Assembly (NCBI GenBank): GCA_964614055.1
Contig: CAZTKE010000001.1
Location: 6,349-70,348, forward strand
Direction of reading: 5' to 3'
DNA: 64,000 nt
Source of the DNA: an uncultured Desulfovibrionales bacterium
GTDB lineage: Bacteria > Desulfobacterota > Desulfovibrionia > Desulfovibrionales > Desulfonatronovibrionaceae
Part shown: in pieces, positions 18,833-28,360 of the stretch
How the letters are laid out: each line of letters starts with the position of its first letter
Numbering within the stretch: position 1 is the stretch's first letter
Notes under the pieces: generated by a model
Told to the model about the DNA's origin: nothing
Seen by the model: the letters and a program-made list of their open reading frames with translations, nothing else
Databases searched by the model: none
Translations under genes and position numbers: made by a program

Positions 18833-20065
18833 TCAATTCAGAACCCGCTTGTAAACCGCGAGCACTTTTTCAAATATCCCCGGCCAGGTATAGGATTCAA
18901 GCCTTTCCGCGAGTGATCTCATATCCGGGGCATGCTCCCGGCGGGCAAGTGCCATGTATTTTTGCAGGGCGGAGGCCAGCCTTTTTTCAAAATCCGGCCC
19001 GTCCTGGGGATAAGGCCGGTCCAGGCCATACAAGCGGGGCGGGTCAACCAGATGCACGTAACCGGCGGGAATATCCCCGGCCAGTTCCCTGGTTCCGGGC
19101 AGATCGGCAGCCACTACCCGGCAGCCGCAGGCCAGGCCCTCCAGGATAACCAGGGGCAGGCCCTCGTAAAACGAGGGCAAAACCAGGATATGGCTGTCGC
19201 GCATGATGCGGGAAAGCCCCTCTTGATCCACTGCGCCGTGAAAAATAATCCTTTCTTGCAGACTTTCCCCGATATTCAGGCACTCCTGTTTTTCCCTGCC
19301 GCTTCCACCGCCGACCACATGCAATTCCCACCCACGATCCCGCAGATGATGCAGGCAGCGCAAAAGCCAGGGCACTCCCTTGGCCCGGCTCAACTTTCCG
19401 GCATAAACCAGGCGCACCGGATCCGGTTCCGGCTTGGGTCCGGGATAGAACAAATCACTGTTATAACCGGCTCCCACAACCGCTATTCTTTGCGGAGAAA
19501 TCCCGTACAAGCGGGAAATATCCTTTTTTTGCTCCCCGTGCAGTGCCAGGACCCCGTCCACATCCCGGCATCCGGAAAGCACCCTCTCCCGCAGATGAGG
19601 GCAGTTGCCGAACTGCCTGATATCAGAACCATGGCAGGAAGTGACCACGGGAATATGCGAAAAAAGACGCCTGGCCAGAGAGGTGACGATCCACAGGTGA
19701 TGGGTATGAATTATATCCGGGGCAAAATCGCTTACAGCTTCTTTCAGCCGGCGGGAAAAGACCTTTTCGTAAGTGTTGAGCTCATCTTCTCCCATATCGC
19801 AGAAACGAACGCTTTTATAGGGCATGACGTCGCTCATGCCGGCAATAGGATGGGAGAGTTCCCGGGAATTGAAGTAAGCGAACAGGGATCTTGCCTGCGG
19901 CGGGCACTGCGGCGGGGAATTGTCTTTCTGGTCCGACCCGGCCAGCAGGAAATTCTCAAACCCGCGCTTGGCGGACTGGCAAATCATGGCCCGGATATAA
20001 ATCCCGCTCCCCGTGGAATCCGGCCTCTGGCTCAACACATGCAAAATCTTCAGTTTATTAGCCAT
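18833..20065 (-). CDS. Glycosyltransferase family 4 (GT-B)
   Basis: N-terminus KILHVLSQRPDSTGSGIY. C-terminal E-x7-E block EGLPLVILEGLACG. Confidence 0.85.
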   Translation of the reverse strand: MANKLKILHVLSQRPDSTGSGIYIRAMICQSAKRGFENFLLAGSDQKDNSPPQCPPQARSLFAYFNSRELSHPIAGMSDVMPYKSVRFCDMGEDELNTYEKVFSRRLKEAVSDFAPDIIHTHHLWIVTSLARRLFSHIPVVTSCHGSDIRQFGNCPHLRERVLSGCRDVDGVLALHGEQKKDISRLYGISPQRIAVVGAGYNSDLFYPGPKPEPDPVRLVYAGKLSRAKGVPWLLRCLHHLRDRGWELHVVGGGSGREKQECLNIGESLQERIIFHGAVDQEGLSRIMRDSHILVLPSFYEGLPLVILEGLACGCRVVAADLPGTRELAGDIPAGYVHLVDPPRLYGLDRPYPQDGPDFEKRLASALQKYMALARREHAPDMRSLAERLESYTWPGIFEKVLAVYKRVLN

Positions 20066-20115
20066 AACCGGGGACAGGCATATCCGAAGCGGCCGGGAAA
20101 GACAACAGAGAAAGA

Positions 20116-20886
20116 CTAATTTTGGGGCACCACCACCGGATTGCCTTTTATATTATGAATATCCACGGGCACTCCGTAAACATGACTGACTATCTCCGCA
20201 GTTACCCCGCTTTTATCCGTTCCGGCAAACACCCGGCCGTCCTTGATAAAAAGGAATTTGTCCGCGAAACGCAGGGCGGTATTCAGGCTGTGCATGGTCA
20301 TGACCGCGGCCACGGCATGCTCGGAAACCACCTGACGGACAAGATTGAGTATCTCCTGCTGATTCTTTAAATCCAGGGAACTGGTGGGCTCGTCCAGAAG
20401 CAAGACATCCGGGTCCTGGACCAGGGCCCGGGCGATATTCACCTTTTGCACCTCCCCCCCGCTCATCTGATCCAGGTAGCGAAGGGACAACTCTTCCATT
20501 CCCAGCCTTTTAATCGCCCCGTCCACTATCTTTAGATCCGGTTCACTTACCTTCCACCGGATATGCGGACGCCGGCCCATCAAAATGGCGTCGAACGCAG
20601 TGAGCCGGCCGGTTTCCGCTTTTTGCGGCACATAGCCCAATTTTCTGGCTATCTCGCTTCCGCTTAGGCCGCGGACATCCTCCTGGCCGACAAATACGCT
20701 ACCCTGTCTCGGGGTAAGGATATCGTTCATGCATTTGAGAAGCGTGGTCTTGCCCACCCCGTTCGGCCCCATGATCGCCAGTATTTCTCCGCGGTCCACC
20801 TGGAAATCGATACTTTCGAGCACCGGATGGCTATTGTAACTAAAGCTGACCCCGCAGACATCCATTTGCATTTTACCGTTCTCCAT
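20116..20886 (-). CDS. ABC transporter ATP-binding protein (FecE/BtuD-type)
   Basis: Walker A GPNGVGKT, signature MSGGE, Walker B LLLLDEP. Confidence 0.9.
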   Translation of the reverse strand: MENGKMQMDVCGVSFSYNSHPVLESIDFQVDRGEILAIMGPNGVGKTTLLKCMNDILTPRQGSVFVGQEDVRGLSGSEIARKLGYVPQKAETGRLTAFDAILMGRRPHIRWKVSEPDLKIVDGAIKRLGMEELSLRYLDQMSGGEVQKVNIARALVQDPDVLLLDEPTSSLDLKNQQEILNLVRQVVSEHAVAAVMTMHSLNTALRFADKFLFIKDGRVFAGTDKSGVTAEIVSHVYGVPVDIHNIKGNPVVVPQN

Positions 20887-20894
20887 TCCCCCGT

Positions 20895-21965
20895 TTACCT
20901 CGTATATCCCTTGATCAACAAATACAGAAAAACAGGCGCGCCCATGAATGCGGTCAAAATGGACACCGGAAGCACATTCGGGGCCAGAATGAGCCGGGCC
21001 GCGGTATCGGAAACAAGCAATAAAAGACCTCCGACCAGAATCGAGGCCGGCAGAAGGAAACGGTGGTCATCCCCGATTATGCGCCGGACAATATGCGGGC
21101 AGACCAGCCCGACAAAACCAATTACCCCGAGAAAGGAAATCACCACCGCAGTGATCAGGCTGGCCACCAGCATGCCCACCAGCCGAATCCTTTTTACCGG
21201 AACTCCCAGGCTCTTGGCGGTCTCGTCCCCGGCGTCTATGGCGTTGTAGTTCCACCTGTTTAAAATAAAATAAATCGCGGATACCGCGGTAATGCCGGCC
21301 ATTATCCCCAGCTCTGCCCAATCCGCCCGGGCTACGTCCCCGAAAGTCCAGAAGACCATGGCCGCCAATTGCACATCATCGGCAAAATACTGCAAAAACA
21401 TGGTCCCGGCGGTGAAAAGGGCCCCCAAAGCCACTCCGGCCAGGATCATGACTTCTGGAGAAGCGCCGCGGATGCGGGCTATACCCATGATCACCCCGGT
21501 AGCGGCCAGAGAAAACAGAAAAGCGGAAAAAGTGGTCAGATACGGGCTGCTTATAACCACGGCATCCGCGCCCGTGCTTCCCATCTGCCCAGCGCCCAGG
21601 AGCATGACCGACAGTGCCGCGCCAAAGGCAGCAGCATGGGAAATCCCCAGGGTAAACGGCGAGCCCAGGGGATTGCGCAAAATGGACTGCATGACCGCTC
21701 CGGACACGGACAAGGCGGCTCCGGCCACTATGGCCGTGAGTGCCTGGGGCAGGCGGATATTCCAGATAATGATCGATTCCCTGCTGCCCGCGTCCGGGGA
21801 TAAGAAAGTCTTGACCACTTGCAAAAGGGGAATGTTCACCGCTCCCAAAGACACGCCCACAAGCAGAAGAATGCCCAGAAGAACAAGGCAGACGAAGACA
21901 AAAGCGGTCTTGCGGCCGACATAACGGTTATACTCCGCAGGGATGGACCCGTCCTTGAAATGCAT
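20895..21965 (-). CDS. FecCD-family ABC permease (iron-chelate/cobalamin type)
   Basis: Polytopic protein with FecCD/BtuC-like blocks (RLPQALTAIVAGAALSVSGAVMQSILRNPL, GVALGALF). Confidence 0.85.
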   Translation of the reverse strand: MHFKDGSIPAEYNRYVGRKTAFVFVCLVLLGILLLVGVSLGAVNIPLLQVVKTFLSPDAGSRESIIIWNIRLPQALTAIVAGAALSVSGAVMQSILRNPLGSPFTLGISHAAAFGAALSVMLLGAGQMGSTGADAVVISSPYLTTFSAFLFSLAATGVIMGIARIRGASPEVMILAGVALGALFTAGTMFLQYFADDVQLAAMVFWTFGDVARADWAELGIMAGITAVSAIYFILNRWNYNAIDAGDETAKSLGVPVKRIRLVGMLVASLITAVVISFLGVIGFVGLVCPHIVRRIIGDDHRFLLPASILVGGLLLLVSDTAARLILAPNVLPVSILTAFMGAPVFLYLLIKGYTR

Positions 21966-23116
21966 CAGGAATCCGTGTCTATGGCTTTAAACGCCTGGTC
22001 GTCAAAGGCCGCGTTCATCTTATCAAAAACCGGCTCGCCCACGAGAAAGGAATATATCCGGTCGGCCTCTTTTTCCGGATCAATGTCTTTGAAACGCTTG
22101 GGATAAAGAATCTTGCCCACATAATAGGCATCAGCCAGGATGGAACCGAAATTCCGGGAATACCAGTTATAAGGCAGCACCCCATAGACTTTTCCCTTGT
22201 TTACAGCGGAAAGGCCGCGGTAGGCCGGGTCATGGCGAAGCTGATACAGGGCGCTTGCCTCGCCGGAATTTTGAATTGTGGATAGATCAAGGAACAGCAC
22301 TTGCGGGTCCCAGTCCACAATCTTTTCCTTGGCCACATCAGTATGCGCCGGCACCTGGCCCTCGGCGGTGTCCTCCAGGACCACACTTCTGGCATGGGTA
22401 AACACAAACGGCGGATACATGGGCTCGGTGGACTGAAAGCCGTGTGGACCCTTAAAGGCTATCCCGCCCACAAAACAGGTCCTTTTATCCTTTTTGGGAA
22501 TATCCGAGGTCCTGCTGTTTAAGGCGGCGATTTCCTTTTCAAAGAAATCCATGACCTCGGCGGCCCTTTCATCCCGATCCAGAACCCGCCCGAAAGTGCG
22601 CAAGGTATTAAATAGCTGATCCCTGTACTGGACAAAGGTGCCGTAATTCATGGCCAGTACCGGAATGCCGGTTTTTTCCTGCAGTTCGGCCGGATCATGC
22701 CCCATATTGGGATAGGTCTTGAGTATGACATCCGGCTGGGTTTTCAGGCCCAAGATGAGTTCCGGATTGTCAAAACCACGGAACTGCCCGAAAATAGGCT
22801 TGTCCTTGAACTGGGGATTGGCCAGGGCATAGGGACGGGCGTCAAATCGGGTTTCCCTGGTTTCAATATCATCCACCCCCACGATCATGTCCTCGGCTTC
22901 AAGATAAGTGATAAGCCGAAGGCACCCCGGACCGGAACAGATAATATGTTCCACCTGCTCGGGCACGCGAACCAGCCTCCCGGTGTCGTCCCGGACTTCA
23001 ATAAATGCATCACCCTCTTGCGCACTTTGCCCGGGTTGCTGTCCGTCATTACAAGCAAAAAGGAAAAAAAACGCCCCAAACAACAAAAAAAACGCTACCT
23101 TCAAACGCATCAACAA
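21965..23116 (-). CDS. Periplasmic substrate-binding lipoprotein of the FecB/BtuF class
   Basis: Lipobox-like signal (..FFFLFACND). Type III PBP-like sequence. Its stop overlaps the permease start. Confidence 0.75.
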   Translation of the reverse strand: MLMRLKVAFFLLFGAFFFLFACNDGQQPGQSAQEGDAFIEVRDDTGRLVRVPEQVEHIICSGPGCLRLITYLEAEDMIVGVDDIETRETRFDARPYALANPQFKDKPIFGQFRGFDNPELILGLKTQPDVILKTYPNMGHDPAELQEKTGIPVLAMNYGTFVQYRDQLFNTLRTFGRVLDRDERAAEVMDFFEKEIAALNSRTSDIPKKDKRTCFVGGIAFKGPHGFQSTEPMYPPFVFTHARSVVLEDTAEGQVPAHTDVAKEKIVDWDPQVLFLDLSTIQNSGEASALYQLRHDPAYRGLSAVNKGKVYGVLPYNWYSRNFGSILADAYYVGKILYPKRFKDIDPEKEADRIYSFLVGEPVFDKMNAAFDDQAFKAIDTDS

Positions 23117-23606
23117 TCTCCCTTGCCCTGGTTATTGCCCGAAAAAGCACTAATTTTTAAAATTTGTGTCACAGATAGCTTTTTTATTTGGGAACATCAA
23201 CAACAAAATCGTAAAACTCACGAATAAATAACAATCAAATCGTAACACTATGAATATGGAATCTTTCAGGCAAGCTATATCCGAAATTCGGGTCCTCGAC
23301 GTTTGATGTGGATTTTCTCCGCCTGATCCTTTTAAATGCCTTTATCGAAAGTCCGAATATTTTTATGCTCCTGCCAAAAGGGAAAACCGCATCCTGCCTC
23401 GAGGACACAGCTTTTTTCATCCGACGTATTCAAATTTTCAAAAACATCACTAACTATTTGGATTTAAAAATAAATTACAGGGCTTGAAAATCCTGCCAAA
23501 ATGAATATATCCTGTCTTTTCGCGCACAGGGGAAAGATGTACCGGTGCACGTATCTCTAAGGGACAAAAACCTCCGATCAAAATTTGCGTTTTTAATCTG
23601 ACCCGC

Positions 23607-23675
23607 CCGGCACTCACTTATTCGACCAACGGGTAGACCTTTGAAATACGAGTGCGGGAAAATAGTGAGTGCCGG
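23607..23675 (+). promoter_or_regulatory. Long-loop hairpin in the greA leader
   Basis: A perfect 12-bp stem, CCGGCACTCACT (23607-23618) with AGTGAGTGCCGG (23664-23675), encloses 45 nt. It ends 30 nt before the greA ATG. Confidence 0.45.
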
Positions 23676-23705
23676 ACCGTAATTTTACTTTTCAAGAGGA
23701 AAACC

Positions 23706-24197
23706 ATGAGCACGAACATCCCCATATCCAAACAGGGATTTGCCAAGCTGAAGCAGGAATTGGAAGAGCTGAAGAAGCAGAGACCAGAAATAACCCAGGC
23801 CATTAAAGAGGCCCGGGAGGAAGGTGATCTGCGGGAAAACGCCGGGTATGACGCGGCCAAGGAAAGACAGGGACTTCTGGAGGCCAAAATATCCCAGATT
23901 GAGTCCCGTATGCCCTACTTTCAGGTAATTGATCTGGAAGAAATGGGCGGAGAGAAGATCGCTTTCGGGGCAACCGTGGAAATAATGAATATCGAGACCG
24001 AAAAGAGCAAGCGCTACACCCTTTTAGGACCGGATGAATCCAACGTGGAAAAGGGGACCATATCCATTCAGGCCCCTCTGGCCAGGGCACTTCTGGGAAA
24101 ACAGGAAGGCGACGAAGTGGAAGTGAATGCACCCGGGGGGAAAGTGGAATACGAGATTATGTCCGTGGAGTACAACGGTTCCAAAATTTATGAATAA
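23706..24197 (+). CDS. greA: Transcription elongation factor GreA
   Basis: MSTNIPISKQGFAKLKQELEELK...EEGDLRENAGYDAAKERQ is the canonical GreA coiled-coil tip. AGAGGA RBS. Confidence 0.95.
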   Translation: MSTNIPISKQGFAKLKQELEELKKQRPEITQAIKEAREEGDLRENAGYDAAKERQGLLEAKISQIESRMPYFQVIDLEEMGGEKIAFGATVEIMNIETEKSKRYTLLGPDESNVEKGTISIQAPLARALLGKQEGDEVEVNAPGGKVEYEIMSVEYNGSKIYE

Positions 24198-24201
24198 TAA
24201 A

Positions 24202-24257
24202 GGCGGAAATACTGTTTTAATTCCCGCCCTGCTAATTCCCGGGGCATGGCGGGAAAT
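24202..24257. terminator. Hairpin pair between convergent greA and fumarase genes
   Basis: GGCGGAAAT..ATTCCCGCC and TTCCCG..CGGGAA hairpins. On the minus strand the distal hairpin is followed by TTTATTATT. Confidence 0.4.
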
Positions 24258-24267
24258 CCAATCCGGT

Positions 24268-24810
24268 TCAAATGCGCGGCTTCGCGTAAAGCTCCCCGCC
24301 CAAGGAATCATTTATCACCAAGACCGGAAAATCCTTGACCTTTAACACCCGAATCGCTTCCGGCCCCAGATCCTCGTAAGCAATCACCTTGGCCTGCTGG
24401 ATACAGGAGGACAGAAGCGCCCCGGCCCCGCCGGTGGCCCCGAAATACACCGCAGTATTCTTCTTCAGGCTTTCCTTTACTTTTGCATCTCTCTTTCCCT
24501 TGCCTATTGTGGCCTTCACTCCGAGATCGTGCAGGCGTGGGGCATAGGTATCCATGCGATAACTGGTGGTCGGACCGGCCGAACCAATGGGGCGATCCGG
24601 AGGAGCCGGAGTCGGCCCCACATAATAAATCACCGCTCCCTGCAGAGGGAACGGCGGGTTCTCGCCATTTCCCAGACAGTCCATAAGCCTTTTGTGCGCC
24701 GCATCCCGGGCTGTGTACAAAAGCCCGGATAAAAGGACCTTGTCCCCGGATCTGAGTTTGCCCACATCATCATCACCGAGCGGTGTCTGCAGCCTGTATT
24801 CACTGTTCAT
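24268..24810 (-). CDS. Class I (Fe-S) fumarate hydratase, beta (C-terminal domain) subunit
   Basis: Translation matches the Fe-S hydro-lyase beta type (GDKVLLSGLLYTARDAAHKR, GPTTSYRMD, IGKG). Start MNSEYR overlaps the alpha-subunit stop by 1 nt (TAATG). Confidence 0.85.
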   Translation of the reverse strand: MNSEYRLQTPLGDDDVGKLRSGDKVLLSGLLYTARDAAHKRLMDCLGNGENPPFPLQGAVIYYVGPTPAPPDRPIGSAGPTTSYRMDTYAPRLHDLGVKATIGKGKRDAKVKESLKKNTAVYFGATGGAGALLSSCIQQAKVIAYEDLGPEAIRVLKVKDFPVLVINDSLGGELYAKPRI

Positions 24811-25646
24811 TATATCCTCACTTGTGCATGCCGGGCGGAATGACACTGGATATTAACCGCCAGGGGCAGACTGGCTATGTGGCACGGAGCCATATTTATC
24901 TTCACTCCCAGGGAAGTCACCTCCCCTCCCAGCCCCATGGGACCGATGCCCAGATTATTGATCCCGGCTAAAAGCTCCTCTTCCATTTTTGCCAGCTCCG
25001 GATCCGGATTTGTTTCCTCCAGGGAGCGGAAAAGGGCCTTTTTGGCCAGAATCGGGGCCATATCAAACGTCCCCCCGATGCCTAAGCCGACAATGGTCGG
25101 GGGACATGGATTGGGTCCGGCCTCGGCCACCCGGCGGAGGACAAAATCCTTTATCCCCGCCCAGCCCTGGGCCGGGGCAAGCATGGTCGCCCGGGACATG
25201 TTCTCGCTTCCTCCGCCCTTGGCCATGAAGCGGATAATAAAATCCCGGCCCGGAACCTGCTCCAGATGAATTATCGCCGGGGTGTTGTCCGTGGTATTTT
25301 TCCGGGTCAGAGGGTGGCAGGCGGATTTGCGCAAATATCCCCGGGAGTATCCCCGGCGCACCGCCTCATTCAGGGCCTTGTTCAGATCGCCCTTCAGACA
25401 GCACTCCTCGCCCATGTATACGAAAAAAACAGCCAGGCCGGTATCCTGGCATAAAGGAAGGCCGGTATCCTCAGCCATCCGGGCGTTTTCCAGGAGCTGA
25501 TGCAAAATATCCCGACCGGCCGGGCTTGTTTCCCTTTCCCATGCCCGGCCCAGGGCCTTTTTTACATCCGGGGGCAAAAACTTGTTGGAGTTGACCACGG
25601 CCTCGGCCACGGGCTCAATCAACGAATCCGCCAGAATCTCACGCAT
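24810..25646 (-). CDS. Class I (Fe-S) fumarate hydratase, alpha (N-terminal domain) subunit
   Basis: LPLCQDTGLAVFF, KGGGSEN and GIGGT blocks are typical of the fumarase/tartrate dehydratase alpha domain. Confidence 0.85.
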   Translation of the reverse strand: MREILADSLIEPVAEAVVNSNKFLPPDVKKALGRAWERETSPAGRDILHQLLENARMAEDTGLPLCQDTGLAVFFVYMGEECCLKGDLNKALNEAVRRGYSRGYLRKSACHPLTRKNTTDNTPAIIHLEQVPGRDFIIRFMAKGGGSENMSRATMLAPAQGWAGIKDFVLRRVAEAGPNPCPPTIVGLGIGGTFDMAPILAKKALFRSLEETNPDPELAKMEEELLAGINNLGIGPMGLGGEVTSLGVKINMAPCHIASLPLAVNIQCHSARHAQVRI

Positions 25647-26415
25647 CCCGCTTCCTCTTCTTCATTTTTCTGCTTTCCGTGCCGGGGATCATCCGCTTCA
25701 GGGCATGCGTACCCATCTTGCGCCGCAGATAACCCAACTGATCCTGCAGGGGAATATTCTTGGGGCAGACATCCTCGCAGGCCAAAAGTCCCATGCATCC
25801 GAAGATGCCCTGGTCCGTACCCACCACCTCAAAATAGTCCTCCGGAGAACGTTCATCCCGGGGATCGATAATGAATCTGGCAATTCTGTTCAGGGCAACC
25901 GCTCCCAGAAAATCCTCCCGCATCCGGGCGGTCGCGCAGGCGGCAATGCAGCAGCCGCATTCTATGCACCGGTCCAGTTCATATATCTCCTCGGCCACAT
26001 GGTTTTCCATGCGCTCTTCCGATGCATCAGGATCGAATTGTTTATCCGTATGCACCCAGGACTCAACGCGCTCATTCATGCCCCGGAACCATTTGCCGCT
26101 GTCCACGGAAAGATCGCCTATCAGCTCGAAGCCCGGAAGGGGCATAAGCGTTATCTGTTCCGGCATATCCGCGGTCTTGGTGTGGCAGGCGAGTTCGGGG
26201 CGGCCGTTTATTACCATGGCGCAGGAACCGCAGATCCCGGCCCGGCAGCAGAAATCAAACTGCAGGGACGGATCCTGCTCCTCCCGAATCCTGTTCAGGG
26301 CGATAAACAGGGTCATATTCTCGGTCTCGTCCAGATAAAAGGACTGCATCCGCGGTTTTGAGTCCGGGTCCCGGGGGTTGTATCTGAATATCTCCAAATT
26401 AAGCATCCTGACCAT
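25639..26415 (-). CDS. frdB: Fumarate reductase/succinate dehydrogenase iron-sulfur subunit
   Basis: 2Fe-2S CRAGICGSCAM, plus CIECGCCIAAC and C..ACEDVCP cluster motifs. Confidence 0.9.
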   Translation of the reverse strand: MVRMLNLEIFRYNPRDPDSKPRMQSFYLDETENMTLFIALNRIREEQDPSLQFDFCCRAGICGSCAMVINGRPELACHTKTADMPEQITLMPLPGFELIGDLSVDSGKWFRGMNERVESWVHTDKQFDPDASEERMENHVAEEIYELDRCIECGCCIAACATARMREDFLGAVALNRIARFIIDPRDERSPEDYFEVVGTDQGIFGCMGLLACEDVCPKNIPLQDQLGYLRRKMGTHALKRMIPGTESRKMKKRKRDA

Positions 26416-26418
26416 GTA

Positions 26419-28251
26419 TCAACTCCCGTCCTTATCCGCGCTTATGACCTGTGCCCCGCCGTATCCCCGGTCTCCGGGGGGCAACTCCACCACGCTTGTA
26501 TTCGGTTCATATTCCAGAATCGGTCTTTCCCCGCCCTCGGGCCAGAAAGCAAGAGTTCTAACCAGCCAATCCCGGTCGTTTCTGGCCGGATAATCCTCCC
26601 GGGCGTGCGATCCCCGGCTCTCGGTCCGGGCCAGGGCCCCGCAGGTAACACACAGGGCCAAACGAACCATACCCGGCAGGCGCAAAGCCAAAGACAGCTC
26701 CGGACTGGCTCCCCGGCCGCTGGAGCGCAAGCCCACCTGCCTGGAACGGGCGTGGATGTCCTGCAGTTTCTCCACCGCCAGCTTCAGATCCTTTTCATTG
26801 CGGAATATGCCCACCCGATCCATGAGCACGGACTGCATCTCGTTTCGGACCTGATACACGTTCTCCCGACCGTCCCCGGAAACGATATCCTTGATCCTTT
26901 CCCGTTCCCTTTTTACAAAATCGTCCACGATGCCGGTATCAAAGCTGATCTCTCGTTCTTTCAGAAACTCAACAATGTTTTCCCCGACCAGCATGCCGGC
27001 AACCACAGTCTCCGCCAGGGAATTGCCGCCCAGGCGGTTGAACCCGTGCAGATCCCAGCAGGATGCCTCTCCGGCGGCAAACAGCCCGGAAAGGCCGTAG
27101 GCATGGCCGTTTTTGTCCGTTCTGACCCCGCCCATGCTGTAGTGCTGCGTGGGCCGGACCGGAATCAGGTCCCGGGCCGGGTCCCGCCCCAGAAAATCCA
27201 CGCATATCTGATGCACTTCCCTGAGCTTGGTCTTTAAATGCTCTTCCCCCAAATGGCGGATATCCAGCCACAAATGATCCCCGTAGGAACTTTTTACTCC
27301 GAACCCCTTGCGGATATGCTCGGTCATGCGCCGGGCGACCACATCCCTGGAGGCCAACTCCGCCTTTTCCGGCTCATAATCGGGCATGAACCGGTGCTCG
27401 TTTACGTCCAAAAGAGTCCCGCCGTCCCCGCGGCAGCCCTCGGTTATCAGGATATCCGTGGGCACCAGCCCGGTGGGATGGAACTGCACCGCCTCCATGT
27501 TGCCCAAAGGCACCACTCCGGTATCCAGGGCCGCGGCCTGGGCGGAACCTTCATTTATGACCGCGTTGGTCGAGGCCCGGTATATGCGTCCGAAACCGCC
27601 GGAGGCGATGAGAGTGGCCTTGGAAAGATAAACGCGCAATTCTCCGTTTTTCATGTCCCTGGCCACCACTCCCAGGCAATTTTCCCCCTCATGGATGAAC
27701 GAAAGGGCCTCCACCCGGTCGTGCACTTCCACGCCGACCTGAACCGCTTTGTTGTCCATGGTGTACAGAACAGCATGTCCGGTCCCGTCGCTGCAGTAGC
27801 AGGCCCGCCATTTGGCCGTTCCCCCGAAATTGCGGGCGGTTATAAGCCCCCGGCTTTCCTCGGGCTCCTCCTTTTCCTTTTTTTCCCCGCCCTGATAGAA
27901 AAAGGACCTGCCCGGCTGAACCCGGTTCCAGGGCACGCCCCAAAAAGCGGTCTGCCGGATGGCCCGGGGGGCGTTCTCCACAAACATCCGGGCCACTTGC
28001 TGATCGCATCCCCAATCCGAGCCCTTGACCGTGTCCTGGAAATGGACATCCGGACAATCACCCCGGCCCTTTATGCAATTTCCGAGAGCGGCCTGCATCC
28101 CGCCCTGGGCAGCCGAGGAATGCGAACGCCTGGCCGGGACCAGGCTCAGGGCGATCACCCTGAATCCGGCCTCGGCCGCTTCTATGGCCGCCCGTTCCCC
28201 GGCCAGCCCGGCCCCGATGCACAGTAAATCGGTATAAATGGTTTGTGTCAT
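26419..28251 (-). CDS. frdA: Fumarate reductase/succinate dehydrogenase flavoprotein subunit
   Basis: FAD fold GAGLAGERAA, covalent-FAD context RSHSSAAQGGM, and catalytic HPTG / GGNSL blocks. Confidence 0.92.
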   Translation of the reverse strand: MTQTIYTDLLCIGAGLAGERAAIEAAEAGFRVIALSLVPARRSHSSAAQGGMQAALGNCIKGRGDCPDVHFQDTVKGSDWGCDQQVARMFVENAPRAIRQTAFWGVPWNRVQPGRSFFYQGGEKKEKEEPEESRGLITARNFGGTAKWRACYCSDGTGHAVLYTMDNKAVQVGVEVHDRVEALSFIHEGENCLGVVARDMKNGELRVYLSKATLIASGGFGRIYRASTNAVINEGSAQAAALDTGVVPLGNMEAVQFHPTGLVPTDILITEGCRGDGGTLLDVNEHRFMPDYEPEKAELASRDVVARRMTEHIRKGFGVKSSYGDHLWLDIRHLGEEHLKTKLREVHQICVDFLGRDPARDLIPVRPTQHYSMGGVRTDKNGHAYGLSGLFAAGEASCWDLHGFNRLGGNSLAETVVAGMLVGENIVEFLKEREISFDTGIVDDFVKRERERIKDIVSGDGRENVYQVRNEMQSVLMDRVGIFRNEKDLKLAVEKLQDIHARSRQVGLRSSGRGASPELSLALRLPGMVRLALCVTCGALARTESRGSHAREDYPARNDRDWLVRTLAFWPEGGERPILEYEPNTSVVELPPGDRGYGGAQVISADKDGS

Positions 28252-28360
28252 GCAATTCGCCTGGTTAAACTTGGTAGATTCTTCGGCATGCTCAATGGAT
28301 TTTCCCGCAATCAGTTTGCCGCAGATAATGCCCAGGAACCACTTGGTATGTATTCCACGG

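Noticed and set aside
23117-23606. Cobalamin riboswitch upstream of the Btu/Fec-type ABC operon
   Set aside because: I read the minus strand for the B12 box (GCCACTG-type core) and the GGGAA..GGTG..AA.CC..CCCGC pattern. Only a loose GGAGAAAATCC fragment is present, so the evidence is insufficient without a covariance-model search.
28252-28360. Possible C-terminal extension of FrdC, or a small ORF, in the frdC-frdA gap (open frame ..KWFLGIICGKLIAGKSIEHAEESTKFNQANC running into the frdA ATG)
   Set aside because: There is no ATG/GTG/TTG start in that frame. Reaching it from frdC would need a frameshift in a T-run. A stop-free stretch of about 37 codons is not statistically unusual.
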